Shown in pieces: positions 47,193-59,514 of a DNA stretch of 64,000 bases. The notes beneath the pieces were generated by a model, which saw only the letters and a program-made list of their open reading frames with translations, was not told the DNA's origin and made no database searches. This stretch comes from a bacterium (lineage in GTDB: Bacteria > Patescibacteriota > Minisyncoccia > Phycocordibacterales > UBA9973). Position numbers and translations under genes: made by a program. Numbering within the stretch: position 1 is the first letter of the stretch; every line of letters begins with the position of its first letter. The stretch covers positions 140,620 to 204,619 of the forward strand of contig JBAWZD010000002.1 of the NCBI GenBank assembly GCA_037143195.1, read 5' to 3'.

Positions 47193-48251
47193 ATGGATCC
47201 ACGAGCACTGATTGAGTCACTTGTTGATACCGTTATCAAAGAAGGAGGTTCAGACCTTCACATTTCAGCTGGTCGTATCCCGTCAATCCGTGTTTCTACT
47301 CAACTCATTCAGCTAGTGAATCAGCCTGCGCTCACTCAAGAAAACATGCTTGGTATTCTTGGAGCGATTCTCGACAAGACAAAGTACGAACGATTTCTCG
47401 CAACACAAGAAGTCGACTTTTCATACGACCACAAAGGCCAAGCGCGACTTCGTGGAAATGCGTTTTATCACAAGAGCTCGGTTTCTATCGCACTTCGACT
47501 CATTCCACAAGTACGCACACTCCCTGAATTGAAACTTCCAGAATCGCTCAAAGAATTCGCACGCAAAAAACAGGGATTCTTCTTGGTGGTGGGTCCGGTC
47601 GGACAAGGGAAGAGTACGACATTGTCTGCGATGGTTGATTTTATCAACAGCGAGCGTGCCGAGCATATTCTCACGATTGAAGACCCGATTGAATATGTGT
47701 TTGAAGAAAAGCATTCAATCATCGATCAGCGCGAAGTTGGTATTGATACCAAAGATTTTCCAACAGGACTCCGTTCTATATTCCGTGAAGACGTCAACGT
47801 CATCATGATCGGAGAAATGCGCTCACCTGAGACGATCGCAACAGCAGTTACAGCCGCTGAGACCGGACACCTTGTGCTCTCAACACTCCACACCAACAAT
47901 GCAGCCCAGACAATCGACCGCATTATCGATAGTTTTCCTGGAGATCAACAGGATCAGATTCGTTCACAGCTCGCAGAAAGTTTGCTTGGAATTTTTTCTC
48001 AGCGTTTGATTCCTCGCATTACCGGAGGACTTGTCCCAGCGTATGAATTGCTCCTCAACAACAACGCCGTTGCAAACCTTATCCGTGAAAAGCGCACCCA
48101 TGAGATTGACGTCGTTATTGAGACGGGAACAGAACACGGCATGGTAGATATGAATCGCAGTTTGCTCGAACTCGTTCGCGCCGGTGAAATCACGATGGAA
48201 AGTGCATACTTGTATTCAATGAATCCAAAAGCACTTGAGCGCATTCTCTAA
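47193..48251 (+). CDS. pilT: twitching motility ATPase PilT
   Basis: VVGPVGQGKSTT Walker A, 352 aa. Confidence 0.9.
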   Translation: MDPRALIESLVDTVIKEGGSDLHISAGRIPSIRVSTQLIQLVNQPALTQENMLGILGAILDKTKYERFLATQEVDFSYDHKGQARLRGNAFYHKSSVSIALRLIPQVRTLPELKLPESLKEFARKKQGFFLVVGPVGQGKSTTLSAMVDFINSERAEHILTIEDPIEYVFEEKHSIIDQREVGIDTKDFPTGLRSIFREDVNVIMIGEMRSPETIATAVTAAETGHLVLSTLHTNNAAQTIDRIIDSFPGDQQDQIRSQLAESLLGIFSQRLIPRITGGLVPAYELLLNNNAVANLIREKRTHEIDVVIETGTEHGMVDMNRSLLELVRAGEITMESAYLYSMNPKALERIL

Positions 48252-48264
48252 TTTTTGAGTACCT

Positions 48265-49470
48265 ATGAATTTTACCTACAAAGCAGTTACTGACACGGGC
48301 GAAAAAAAGGAGGGAGCAATCGACGCTCCAAACAAAGACCTTGCGATTGCAGCACTGCAACGACGAGGGTTCATTGTTGTGTCGGTGAATGAAGATGGAG
48401 AAAAAACATTTCTCAAGCGAGATATTTTTGAACGTATTCCACCTCGCGATATCGTGATTTTGTCGCGCCAAGTTTCGACACTCTTTGATGCACAAGTGTC
48501 TGCACTCAAGGCGTTTAGTTTGCTTGCGTCCAATGCAGAAAATCCACTCTTGAAACGCAAACTCACCGCAGTCACTGACGACATTCAAGCGGGAAGTGCT
48601 ATCTCTGCAGCGCTCGCGAAACATCCAGATATTTTTACCGATTTCTACGTGAACATGGTGAAGGCGGGAGAAGAGTCAGGAAAATTGAACCAAGTGTTTG
48701 ATTACCTTGCCGAATATCTCGATCGTCAGTACGAACTCAATTCCAAAACCAAAAACGCACTTATCTACCCAGCGTTTGTCATAGGAGTATTTATCATTGT
48801 GATGGTGCTCATGTTTATTTTGGTTATTCCAAAATTGTCAGCGATCATCGAATCAAGTGGTCAAACGATTCCGTTGTATACAAAAGTCGTTATCGGCATC
48901 TCGCAGTTCTTCGTGAACTACGGATTGTTCGTGCTCATCTTTATCGTGATTGCTGGGATGTATATCTGGCGTTTGTCACGAACTGAAACAGGGAAGACCT
49001 ATCTTGGAACAATGAGTTTGTCGCTTCCCGTACTTGGACGACTGTATACAAAACTCTATCTCTCCCGTATTGCAGACAACATGAGTACGATGCTTACCTC
49101 TGGAGTGTCGATCGTTCGTACGATTGAAATCACGAGTAAGGTTGTGGGTAGTCGAGTCTACCAGAGTGTGCTTGAAGAGGCAGGGGAAGCTGTAAAGGCC
49201 GGAAGTTCGCTCTCTGACGCACTTTCAAAAAATAGCGAACGTGTTCCACAAATCATGATTCAAATGGTGCGAGTGGGAGAAGAAACAGGAAATCTTTCCA
49301 ATATTCTCAAGACACTTGCTCAGTTTTATAAGCGAGAAGTTGACGATGCCGTGGATACACTTGTCGGTTTGATTGAGCCGGTCATGATTGTCGTACTTGG
49401 TCTTGGAGTGGGGGTATTGCTTACCTCGATTTTGGTGCCTATTTACAACATCGCCTCAAGTATTCAATAG
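48265..49470 (+). CDS. pilC: type IV pilus inner-membrane platform protein PilC (GspF family)
   Basis: two GspF repeats, 3 TM, 401 aa. Confidence 0.85.
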   Translation: MNFTYKAVTDTGEKKEGAIDAPNKDLAIAALQRRGFIVVSVNEDGEKTFLKRDIFERIPPRDIVILSRQVSTLFDAQVSALKAFSLLASNAENPLLKRKLTAVTDDIQAGSAISAALAKHPDIFTDFYVNMVKAGEESGKLNQVFDYLAEYLDRQYELNSKTKNALIYPAFVIGVFIIVMVLMFILVIPKLSAIIESSGQTIPLYTKVVIGISQFFVNYGLFVLIFIVIAGMYIWRLSRTETGKTYLGTMSLSLPVLGRLYTKLYLSRIADNMSTMLTSGVSIVRTIEITSKVVGSRVYQSVLEEAGEAVKAGSSLSDALSKNSERVPQIMIQMVRVGEETGNLSNILKTLAQFYKREVDDAVDTLVGLIEPVMIVVLGLGVGVLLTSILVPIYNIASSIQ

Positions 49471-49571
49471 TATTTGTTTTCCACAACCTGCTTTGCTCAT
49501 GGCAAAGGACGAAAAGTGCTATAATTACAAACAGTACAGGAACGCAATATTATTACTAGTCACTATAAAGT

Positions 49572-50051
49572 ATGAAAAATAAACAAGCCGGTTTTACACT
49601 CATCGAACTTTTGGTCGTTATCGCCATTATTGGTATTCTCGCTACAATCGTCCTCACGTCACTCGGTAGTGCTCGTGTAAAGGCAAATGATGCGAAGGTC
49701 CAAGCTGAACTTTCTTCAATGCGTGCTCAAGCAGAACTTTTTTACACTGGTTCTGGTGACTATGGAACTGTTACTGGAGGAACGACTGATTGTTCCGCTG
49801 GATCTCTCTTTTCGTCGTCAGGCACGAATACGCTCCATGGTTTGTTGGTTGGTATCCCTAGTGGATATGCAACAACCTGTTACACAAATGCTCCTTCATC
49901 AGGAAGTGCGAGTGCATGGGCTGTAAAGTCTGAGAACACAACGACTCTTGCTGAGTGGTGTGCAGACAGTACTGGTCAAATGCTTGCCGGTACGGAAGGC
50001 ACGTCAGGTTCAACCCTGAGTGTTACTGACGGACTTTGTATCAAATCGTAA
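49572..50051 (+). CDS. type IV major pilin (prepilin)
   Basis: MKNKQAG/FTLIELLVVIAIIGILA class-III signal with N-methylation site. Confidence 0.85.
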   Translation: MKNKQAGFTLIELLVVIAIIGILATIVLTSLGSARVKANDAKVQAELSSMRAQAELFYTGSGDYGTVTGGTTDCSAGSLFSSSGTNTLHGLLVGIPSGYATTCYTNAPSSGSASAWAVKSENTTTLAEWCADSTGQMLAGTEGTSGSTLSVTDGLCIKS

Positions 50052-50065
50052 TTGCTCTCTATGTA

Positions 50066-50100
50066 AAAAAGCTCGCGCCCGAAAGGGCGCGAGCTTTTTT
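50066..50100 (+). terminator. intrinsic terminator after pilin gene
   Basis: aaaaaaGCTCGCGCCCgaaaGGGCGCGAGCtttttt. Confidence 0.8.
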
Positions 50101-50154
50101 GTACACATACATTACTCAGTTTTATTTATGAGCTGTAGTATAATAAGCAGAGAA

Positions 50155-50976
50155 ATGAACACGGCACTCATGATTATATTTTTCTTGTTCGGTACTATTA
50201 TTGGAAGTTTTTTAAACGTTGTTATCTTGCGGTACCGTAGTGGACGCACGCTCCAAGGACGCTCAATGTGTTTTTCGTGTGGCAAGACGCTCACATGGTT
50301 TGAGCTTGTTCCGATTGGTAGTTTCCTGACGCAAAAAGGGAAGTGTGCCGGATGCGGGACGCGCATCTCGTGGCAGTATCCAGTTGTCGAAGCAATCACA
50401 GGATTTCTTTTTGTCGCACTCTACGTACGATTTGAATATTTGCTGACTCAGATTCCACTATTATTTGCTATTCTCTTTGCTTACTACGCATTCATCTTTT
50501 GTTTATTGCTCGTGATGTCTGTCTACGATCTGAAACACAAGATTTTGCCTGATGGAATGACGATGCTCTTTGCGTCAGTTACGTTCATCGGGATGTTTCT
50601 CTTGAAAGGAGATGCGCTCATCCTCCATATACCGAATGGTTGGGATTGTGTTGCGGGATTACTTTTGCCTGCACCGTTCTCCCTTTTGTGGCTCGCCTCA
50701 AAAGGGAAGTGGATGGGGCTTGGCGATGCCAAACTCATGATTGGAATCGGATTTATGCTCGGCTTGTCGACAGGCACCGCAGCTATTCTGCTTTCGTTTT
50801 GGGTCGGGGCAGGTATAAGTCTTCTTGTTCTTCTCGGGCTTGTCCTGTTCACGAAACAAAATAAGGTCTCACTAAAAACCGCAATTCCGTTTGGTCCATT
50901 TCTCGCATTTGGAACGTTCACCGCTTTTCTTTTTTCAGTCAATATCGAAAGTATAATGCGATTTTTTGCGCGCTAA
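50155..50976 (+). CDS. pilD: prepilin peptidase PilD (A24 family)
   Basis: MNTALMIIFF..., CxxC..CxxC zinc cluster, two catalytic Asp regions. Confidence 0.85.
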   Translation: MNTALMIIFFLFGTIIGSFLNVVILRYRSGRTLQGRSMCFSCGKTLTWFELVPIGSFLTQKGKCAGCGTRISWQYPVVEAITGFLFVALYVRFEYLLTQIPLLFAILFAYYAFIFCLLLVMSVYDLKHKILPDGMTMLFASVTFIGMFLLKGDALILHIPNGWDCVAGLLLPAPFSLLWLASKGKWMGLGDAKLMIGIGFMLGLSTGTAAILLSFWVGAGISLLVLLGLVLFTKQNKVSLKTAIPFGPFLAFGTFTAFLFSVNIESIMRFFAR

Positions 50977-50979
50977 AAA

Positions 50980-51702
50980 ATGACTTCACTTTTTTCTCGA
51001 GTACAATCAAAATTGCGATCAGAACACGGCTTCACGTTGCTTGAAGTTTCTTTCGTAATCACCATTTTTGCCGTGATGGCTTCGATCGTTCTTTTTCGGT
51101 TCAAAGATTTTGGTGCAAAAACTGCGTTTGATAACCTCATTCAAGATGTCGCACTCCATATAGTGCAAGCACAAAAATCAGCAATCTCTGGAACGCTCAA
51201 CCCAAACTTCACCGATACAAACAACCCACCATCATACGGAATGTTTTTCCAGACATCGGCTTCTGACCCAATCGCTGATCCACTGACGCATCAATTTACC
51301 TACTTCACCGATATCCCACCCCTCGGAACGACTCGTGGTAACGGCGTCTATGACCCAACGTCAGGCTGTCCAAGTACTCCAACGGTAGGGAATGAATGTC
51401 TTTCAACTACGTCAATCACGAGTGGCGAATATGTGAGCAAGCTTTGCTGGGTAGCGCTCGATGGAACACAGGGATGTAGTTCTGGGGCGATGTCAGGAAA
51501 TATTACATTCGTTCGACCATTCCCTGATGCAACAATTGAAATGTGTATTGGTTCTGGAACATGTACAGCTGCGGGGACCGGATACATTGAATTTCGTTCC
51601 GCGGTGAATACTGCGCTTGCTGGTACGATTGTGATTACTGGTCTTGGAGAAATTAGTGTGCATAACGGACCGGCCTGTGACATTGTCGGTGCTTCTTGTT
51701 AA
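50980..51702 (+). CDS. minor pilin / pseudopilin
   Basis: GFTLLEVSFVITIFAVMASIV prepilin N-terminus. Confidence 0.7.
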   Translation: MTSLFSRVQSKLRSEHGFTLLEVSFVITIFAVMASIVLFRFKDFGAKTAFDNLIQDVALHIVQAQKSAISGTLNPNFTDTNNPPSYGMFFQTSASDPIADPLTHQFTYFTDIPPLGTTRGNGVYDPTSGCPSTPTVGNECLSTTSITSGEYVSKLCWVALDGTQGCSSGAMSGNITFVRPFPDATIEMCIGSGTCTAAGTGYIEFRSAVNTALAGTIVITGLGEISVHNGPACDIVGASC

Positions 51703-52322
51703 TTGGTATGAGATATTTCCACCACACAAAAAAACAATCTTTCGAGACACCGTACTCAGATGGATTTACAATTATCGAAGTTATGATTGCGATGGCGATT
51801 TTTACGGTCATCGTTACTATTGGTATCGGAAGCGTGCTCGATGCAATCAACCAACATTACGCGACACAAAATTTGCGCACAGTGATGGATAGCTTGAACT
51901 ACGTCATGGAGGATATGGCGAGAAATATTCGTCTCGGAACACCGCCACATTGTGGCGCACTTGGCGGTAGTACAGGTGGTATTGTTGATCCGCTCTCGTG
52001 TCCGCTTCCTGCCGATCCTCACAATATCATTTCATTTAATTCTCAAGATGGTACGGTAATCACGTACGAGATTATGCCTCCCGTCGGTGGTGTTCCGAGT
52101 ACCATAGTAAAGCAAAAAGGAACGGGGGTTCCGCAGGTGGTTACTCCAAAAGAGGTTGAGATGGATTGGGCGAATTCCGGTTTCACTGTGCGTGGGGCTG
52201 AGGCAGGTGATGGGGCTCAGCCAACAGTTGTCATTCGACTTGCCGGAACAATCCATTACAAAGGAGTGAGTTCAAAATTCGCGATTGAGACGACAGCAAC
52301 ACAGCGTGCGCTTGATTCGTAA
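51696..52322 (+). CDS. minor pilin / pseudopilin
   Basis: DGFTIIEVMIAMAIFTVIVTIGIG. Confidence 0.7.
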   Translation: MLIGMRYFHHTKKQSFETPYSDGFTIIEVMIAMAIFTVIVTIGIGSVLDAINQHYATQNLRTVMDSLNYVMEDMARNIRLGTPPHCGALGGSTGGIVDPLSCPLPADPHNIISFNSQDGTVITYEIMPPVGGVPSTIVKQKGTGVPQVVTPKEVEMDWANSGFTVRGAEAGDGAQPTVVIRLAGTIHYKGVSSKFAIETTATQRALDS

Positions 52323-52334
52323 TTAGTACTCGTT

Positions 52335-52928
52335 ATGCAATTTTCTCACACATACAATCAAACAGAACGAGGATTCACTATTGTTGAAGTGCTGATTGCG
52401 CTCACTATTTTTTCGATTGCAGTTGCGGGCGTCATTACGGTAGCTGCGCAAGGTGGACTTACCATCAACATTGCACGAAACAAACTTGTTGCGACATATC
52501 TTGCCGATGAGGGGATAGAGTTGGTACGCGGACTTCGGGACACCGATGTTGCAGGAGTGCCAGCTGATTCTCGAAGTACGGGTTGGGCATCGTTCGTGAG
52601 TGGAATCGCTCCGTGTGCGACGAGCACTTCAGTCTCATGTGATATTGACGCGACCAATTATGCTGGAGCGACAATTTTTCCGAACGTAGCCAATATCGTT
52701 TCGTGTCCAGTTACCGGATGCCCGCTGTATTACGATGTGTCGAGCGGATTTTACAAAGATACATGGTCGGCTGGTGTTCCACCTGTATCAGTTTTTGCGC
52801 GAAAGATTACCGTTGATCCCGTACCACTTTCGACTGATGAAGTCACCGTTACGGTGACAGTGACATGGAAAGATGGAATTACACCGATGTCTCTTACTCA
52901 CACAGAAGAACTTTTTAATTGGTACTAA
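52335..52928 (+). CDS. minor pilin / pseudopilin
   Basis: RGFTIVEVLIALTIFSIAVAGVI. Confidence 0.7.
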   Translation: MQFSHTYNQTERGFTIVEVLIALTIFSIAVAGVITVAAQGGLTINIARNKLVATYLADEGIELVRGLRDTDVAGVPADSRSTGWASFVSGIAPCATSTSVSCDIDATNYAGATIFPNVANIVSCPVTGCPLYYDVSSGFYKDTWSAGVPPVSVFARKITVDPVPLSTDEVTVTVTVTWKDGITPMSLTHTEELFNWY

Positions 52929-52932
52929 ATAT

Positions 52933-55879
<2,947 letters not shown>

Positions 55880-55896
55880 CGTGGTATAAATAAGGC

Positions 55897-56175
55897 ATGC
55901 AACTTTCCGATATTAAAAAACTCGCCTCGACAGCTCGTATTTCGATGAGTGACGAGGAAGCCGAAGGTCTTGCCAAGGACCTCGACGCAACGCTCGTCTA
56001 TATCAACCAAGTCAATTCCGCACCACTTCCACCGGAGGAGATTGTCGTACCGGAGAATCGCAATGCCGTACGTGATGATGTTGTTTCGAACCCAACTGGC
56101 TCAGTCGCAGCAGACATATTTGCGCAGGCGCCATCGCAGATGGACGGCTTTGTAAAAGTAAAGAAAATTCTCTAA
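55897..56175 (+). CDS. gatC: Asp/Glu-tRNA amidotransferase subunit C
   Basis: 92 aa, position before gatA. Confidence 0.8.
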   Translation: MQLSDIKKLASTARISMSDEEAEGLAKDLDATLVYINQVNSAPLPPEEIVVPENRNAVRDDVVSNPTGSVAADIFAQAPSQMDGFVKVKKIL

Positions 56176-56179
56176 TCGT

Positions 56180-57607
56180 ATGATTGATATCAAAGACCTC
56201 ACAATCGAAAAAGCTCATGACTCACTTACCAAAGGTGAGTACACTGTTCGTGAATTGTGCCAAGCGTACCTCGACGTTATCAAAGAAAAAAATGGAGACA
56301 TCAATGCATACCTCGAAGTGTTTGCTGATGTCATGGAGCAAGCTGACGTGGCGCAGGAGAAATTCAAAAATGGTACTGCGACGGTGCTCACGGGTATTCC
56401 ACTTGCGATGAAAGACAACATGCTCGTCAAAGGCAAGCATGCGAGCGCTGCATCAAAAATCCTCGAAGGATATACTGCGTCATATACTGCTACTGCACTT
56501 CAGAACCTCATCGATCAGGGTGTTGTATTTCTCGGACGTACAAACATGGATGAATTTGCTATGGGAAGTTCGACCCAAACGAGTGCATACGGAGTGACTC
56601 GCAATCCGCTCGACCGTGAACGTGTCCCTGGAGGATCAAGTGGGGGCTCAGCGGCTGCGGTCGCTATGTACGGAGCACTCGCTGCTCTTGGAAGTGAGAC
56701 CTGTGGATCGATTCGCCAGCCCGCATCATTTTGTGGACTTGTTGGATTCAAACCAACCTATGGCGCAGTATCACGAAGTGGTATTATCGCCATGGGAAAT
56801 TCGCTCGACCAAGTTGGTCCACTCGCGCACACGGTGCGTGATGCCGAAATCATCCACAAAGCACTCGCGAGTTATGATCCAGAACTTGATGGCACAACAG
56901 TCCCGATGGAGAAGCGTGTTGCAACTCCTCGAACACTGACAAAGAAAATCGCTGTTCCCGCAGAATGTATGAAAGGGGAAGGAATCGACAAGGAATTGCA
57001 CGATGCATTTTTGAAATCACTCGATACGTTCCGTACTATGGGTTACACCATCGAGACTGTTTCATTCCCACTCATGCCATATTCGCTCGCTGTGTACTAT
57101 GTTGTGATGCCAGCTGAGGTATCAACAAACCTCGAACGTCTCGATGGTATTCGTTACGGCTATCATGCAAAAGAAACCAAAGACCTCAACGAATTTTATA
57201 TGAAAACTCGTGGAGAAGGATTTGGCCGAGAAGCTCGTCGCCGTATTATCCTCGGTTCATATGTCCTTTCAAACGATGGTGAATATTACCGCCGAGCACT
57301 TCGCTTGCGCGATGCCATCACCAAAGAGCTCGACGAGACATTCACAAAGTATGATTTCGTTGTTACACCGGTCGCACCGATGCTTCCATTTAAACTCGGA
57401 GAAAAATTGACTGACCCAGTTGCAATGTATCTCGCCGATGTATTTTCTGCACCTGCAAACCTCTCAGGAAGCCCATCAATCGCACTTCCAATCGGACTCA
57501 CGACGACTGGACTTCCAACTGCAGTACAAATCACTGCTCCACGATGGGAGGATGCGACGCTCTTTGCTGTAGGAAAAGAATTTGAACGTACCAATCATTC
57601 GAAATAG
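56180..57607 (+). CDS. gatA: Asp/Glu-tRNA amidotransferase subunit A
   Basis: amidase signature GGSSGGSAAAVA, Ser-cisSer-Lys triad context. Confidence 0.95.
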   Translation: MIDIKDLTIEKAHDSLTKGEYTVRELCQAYLDVIKEKNGDINAYLEVFADVMEQADVAQEKFKNGTATVLTGIPLAMKDNMLVKGKHASAASKILEGYTASYTATALQNLIDQGVVFLGRTNMDEFAMGSSTQTSAYGVTRNPLDRERVPGGSSGGSAAAVAMYGALAALGSETCGSIRQPASFCGLVGFKPTYGAVSRSGIIAMGNSLDQVGPLAHTVRDAEIIHKALASYDPELDGTTVPMEKRVATPRTLTKKIAVPAECMKGEGIDKELHDAFLKSLDTFRTMGYTIETVSFPLMPYSLAVYYVVMPAEVSTNLERLDGIRYGYHAKETKDLNEFYMKTRGEGFGREARRRIILGSYVLSNDGEYYRRALRLRDAITKELDETFTKYDFVVTPVAPMLPFKLGEKLTDPVAMYLADVFSAPANLSGSPSIALPIGLTTTGLPTAVQITAPRWEDATLFAVGKEFERTNHSK

Positions 57608-57627
57608 TGCTACAATAAAAAGATAGT

Positions 57628-58236
57628 ATGGATCCGAACGCAATCGGTACACAACTTCTCACTAAGCCTCTCTTTGACCCGAGTTTTTTAAACCTCGATT
57701 ATTGGTTTGGCAAAGTACTCGTCGTTTTCAATTGGTTCAAAGATTCACATGCAGGTGGACCAATCTATTTCGTTTCATATGTCCTCTCACTGTTTGGTAT
57801 TACGATGATCATCTACTGTCTCGTGCGTATGGTAGAGATTGCGTACGAAGAAGACGAACACTTGAAGCATGCGATTCATGAATATCAAGATCGTCACAAT
57901 GAGCGCGCGAATTCTAACCGCAATTTACGCTGGGAACATATTCAAGAATTACTCAACGCACCATCAAGCGCAGAATGGAGAATCGCCATTATGGAAGCTG
58001 ACAGTGTTCTCGAAGGTCTCCTTGTTGCACGAGACATTCCAGGGGCGGGGATTGGAGAGCGACTGAAAAATATGCCACCTGGCGACCTCAGTAGTATTCA
58101 GGCAGCATGGGAAGCACACCTTGTCCGCAATCGAATTGCTCACGAGGGAAGTGAATTCTCGCTCAGCCAGCGCGATGCTCGTCGTACGATTCAGCTCTAC
58201 GAGGTCGTTTTCCGTGAACTCGGCTTTTTGTCCTAA
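57628..58236 (+). CDS. hypothetical membrane protein (202 aa)
   Basis: one TM helix (FVSYVLSLFGITMIIYCLV). Confidence 0.5.
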   Translation: MDPNAIGTQLLTKPLFDPSFLNLDYWFGKVLVVFNWFKDSHAGGPIYFVSYVLSLFGITMIIYCLVRMVEIAYEEDEHLKHAIHEYQDRHNERANSNRNLRWEHIQELLNAPSSAEWRIAIMEADSVLEGLLVARDIPGAGIGERLKNMPPGDLSSIQAAWEAHLVRNRIAHEGSEFSLSQRDARRTIQLYEVVFRELGFLS

Positions 58237-58321
58237 GGTTGCTTTTTAACGTTTTTCTAGTACAATGCATCTGCGTCACAAGGCGCATTTTCATTTTTGC
58301 CGTAAGGCCAGATTGATTACG

Positions 58322-58392
58322 CGCGGGGTGGAGAAGTGGTATCTCGTAAGGCTCATAACCTTGAGACGGCTGTTCGATTCAGCCCCCCGCAA
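58322..58392 (+). tRNA. initiator tRNA-fMet (CAU)
   Basis: starts CGCGGGGTGGAG.. and ends CCCCGCAA giving C1xA72 mismatch; anticodon loop cuCAUaa. Confidence 0.85.
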
Positions 58393-58406
58393 CAAGAATA
58401 TCTCCT

Positions 58407-58664
58407 ATGTGGTTTGTCTACATTCTCATGTGCGAAGACGGTAGTTTGTATACAGGGATTACGACCGACCTCGATCGGCGTTTTCTTGAGCACAAAAACA
58501 AAAAAGGTGCGCGGTATACGCGCAGTCACGGTGTCGTTTCCTGTGTTTATTCTGAGCAGAGCGCCTCGCGCAGCGAGGCGCTCATCCGCGAAGCCGAGAT
58601 CAAGAAACTTCATAGGGAAGACAAGCTCGCTCTCGCAAAATCAAAAATATTGAAAAACTCCTAA
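58407..58664 (+). CDS. GIY-YIG nuclease family protein (UPF0213/YhbQ-like, 85 aa)
   Basis: MWFVYILMCEDGSLYTGITTDLDRRFLEHK GIY-YIG motif. Confidence 0.75.
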   Translation: MWFVYILMCEDGSLYTGITTDLDRRFLEHKNKKGARYTRSHGVVSCVYSEQSASRSEALIREAEIKKLHREDKLALAKSKILKNS

Positions 58665-58687
58665 AATGTGCTATATTTTCTTGGATT

Positions 58688-58761
58688 GTCGGCGTAGCTC
58701 AGTTAGTTAGAGCATCTCACTCATAAAGAGAAGGTCGCAGGTGCAACTCCTGCCGTCGACA
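58688..58761 (+). tRNA. tRNA with CAU anticodon (elongator Met or Ile2), atypical T-loop TGCAACT
   Basis: GTCGGCG-ta-GCTC-agttagtta-GAGC-a-TCTCA-ctCATaa-AGAGA-aggtc-GCAGG-tgcaact-CCTGC-CGTCGAC-a. Confidence 0.65.
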
Positions 58762-58833
58762 CCTTTTGATTTCTAAGGATTTTTTTGTACAGTCGGTTAG
58801 CGTATAGTACTGTCACAGTGTATACTTATAAAT

Positions 58834-59514
58834 ATGCCGACACAGAAGAAAGTGAATAAAAACTTTTTTAAAAAATGGACACCTGAAATGGCGTACGTGA
58901 TTGGCTTTTTTGCGGCAGATGGGTGTATTACTACGAATTCACGCGGTGGGCAATTTTGGTCTATTCAAATCACAGACAAGGAATTGCTTGAAACAATTAA
59001 GGACACAATCGGTGCCGAACACAAAATTGGTATCAGGAAAAAGAGACAACTATCACACAAAATATTATACCGTCTTCAGATTGGGAGTATTGAAATGTGT
59101 GATGATTTGCGTTCGCTCGGGTATGTTGAAAAAAAGACAGACCGCCTTGTTTTGCCAGATATTCCATCGAAGTATCTTTCAGATTTTGTAAGAGGGTATT
59201 TCGATGGGGATGGGAGCGTTTGGGTGGGGAAAATGCACACAGAACGAGTTACTTCGACTATTGTGATATCGGTCGCGTTTACTTCGGGCTCGTTTTCCTT
59301 TCTTGAATCACTCCAATCGGTGCTTCGAGTCTTGCTCGGCATGACAGGGAGTATCTCAAAACGAAAAGGGAAAGAGTGCTGGTGTTTACGCTACAGTGTC
59401 CGAGATAGTTTGAAATTGTACGATTTTATGTATAATAGCCATGTCCAGACAAATCGCCTTTTTTTGAACAGGAAGAAGGTCGTGTTTGAACAATATAAGG
59501 AAATGCAGTCGTAG
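58834..59514 (+). CDS. LAGLIDADG-family homing endonuclease, free-standing (two LAGLIDADG motifs)
   Basis: YVIGFFAADGCI and FVRGYFDGDGSV; own TTGTAC-N17-TATAGT promoter 58790-58820; stop codon lies inside exon 1 of tRNA-Asp. Confidence 0.75.
   Translation: MPTQKKVNKNFFKKWTPEMAYVIGFFAADGCITTNSRGGQFWSIQITDKELLETIKDTIGAEHKIGIRKKRQLSHKILYRLQIGSIEMCDDLRSLGYVEKKTDRLVLPDIPSKYLSDFVRGYFDGDGSVWVGKMHTERVTSTIVISVAFTSGSFSFLESLQSVLRVLLGMTGSISKRKGKECWCLRYSVRDSLKLYDFMYNSHVQTNRLFLNRKKVVFEQYKEMQS

Noticed and set aside
58336-58653. ORF 58336..58653 (105 aa)
   Set aside because: It overlaps tRNA-fMet and is out of frame with the GIY-YIG ORF (58407..58664), which has a clear family motif.
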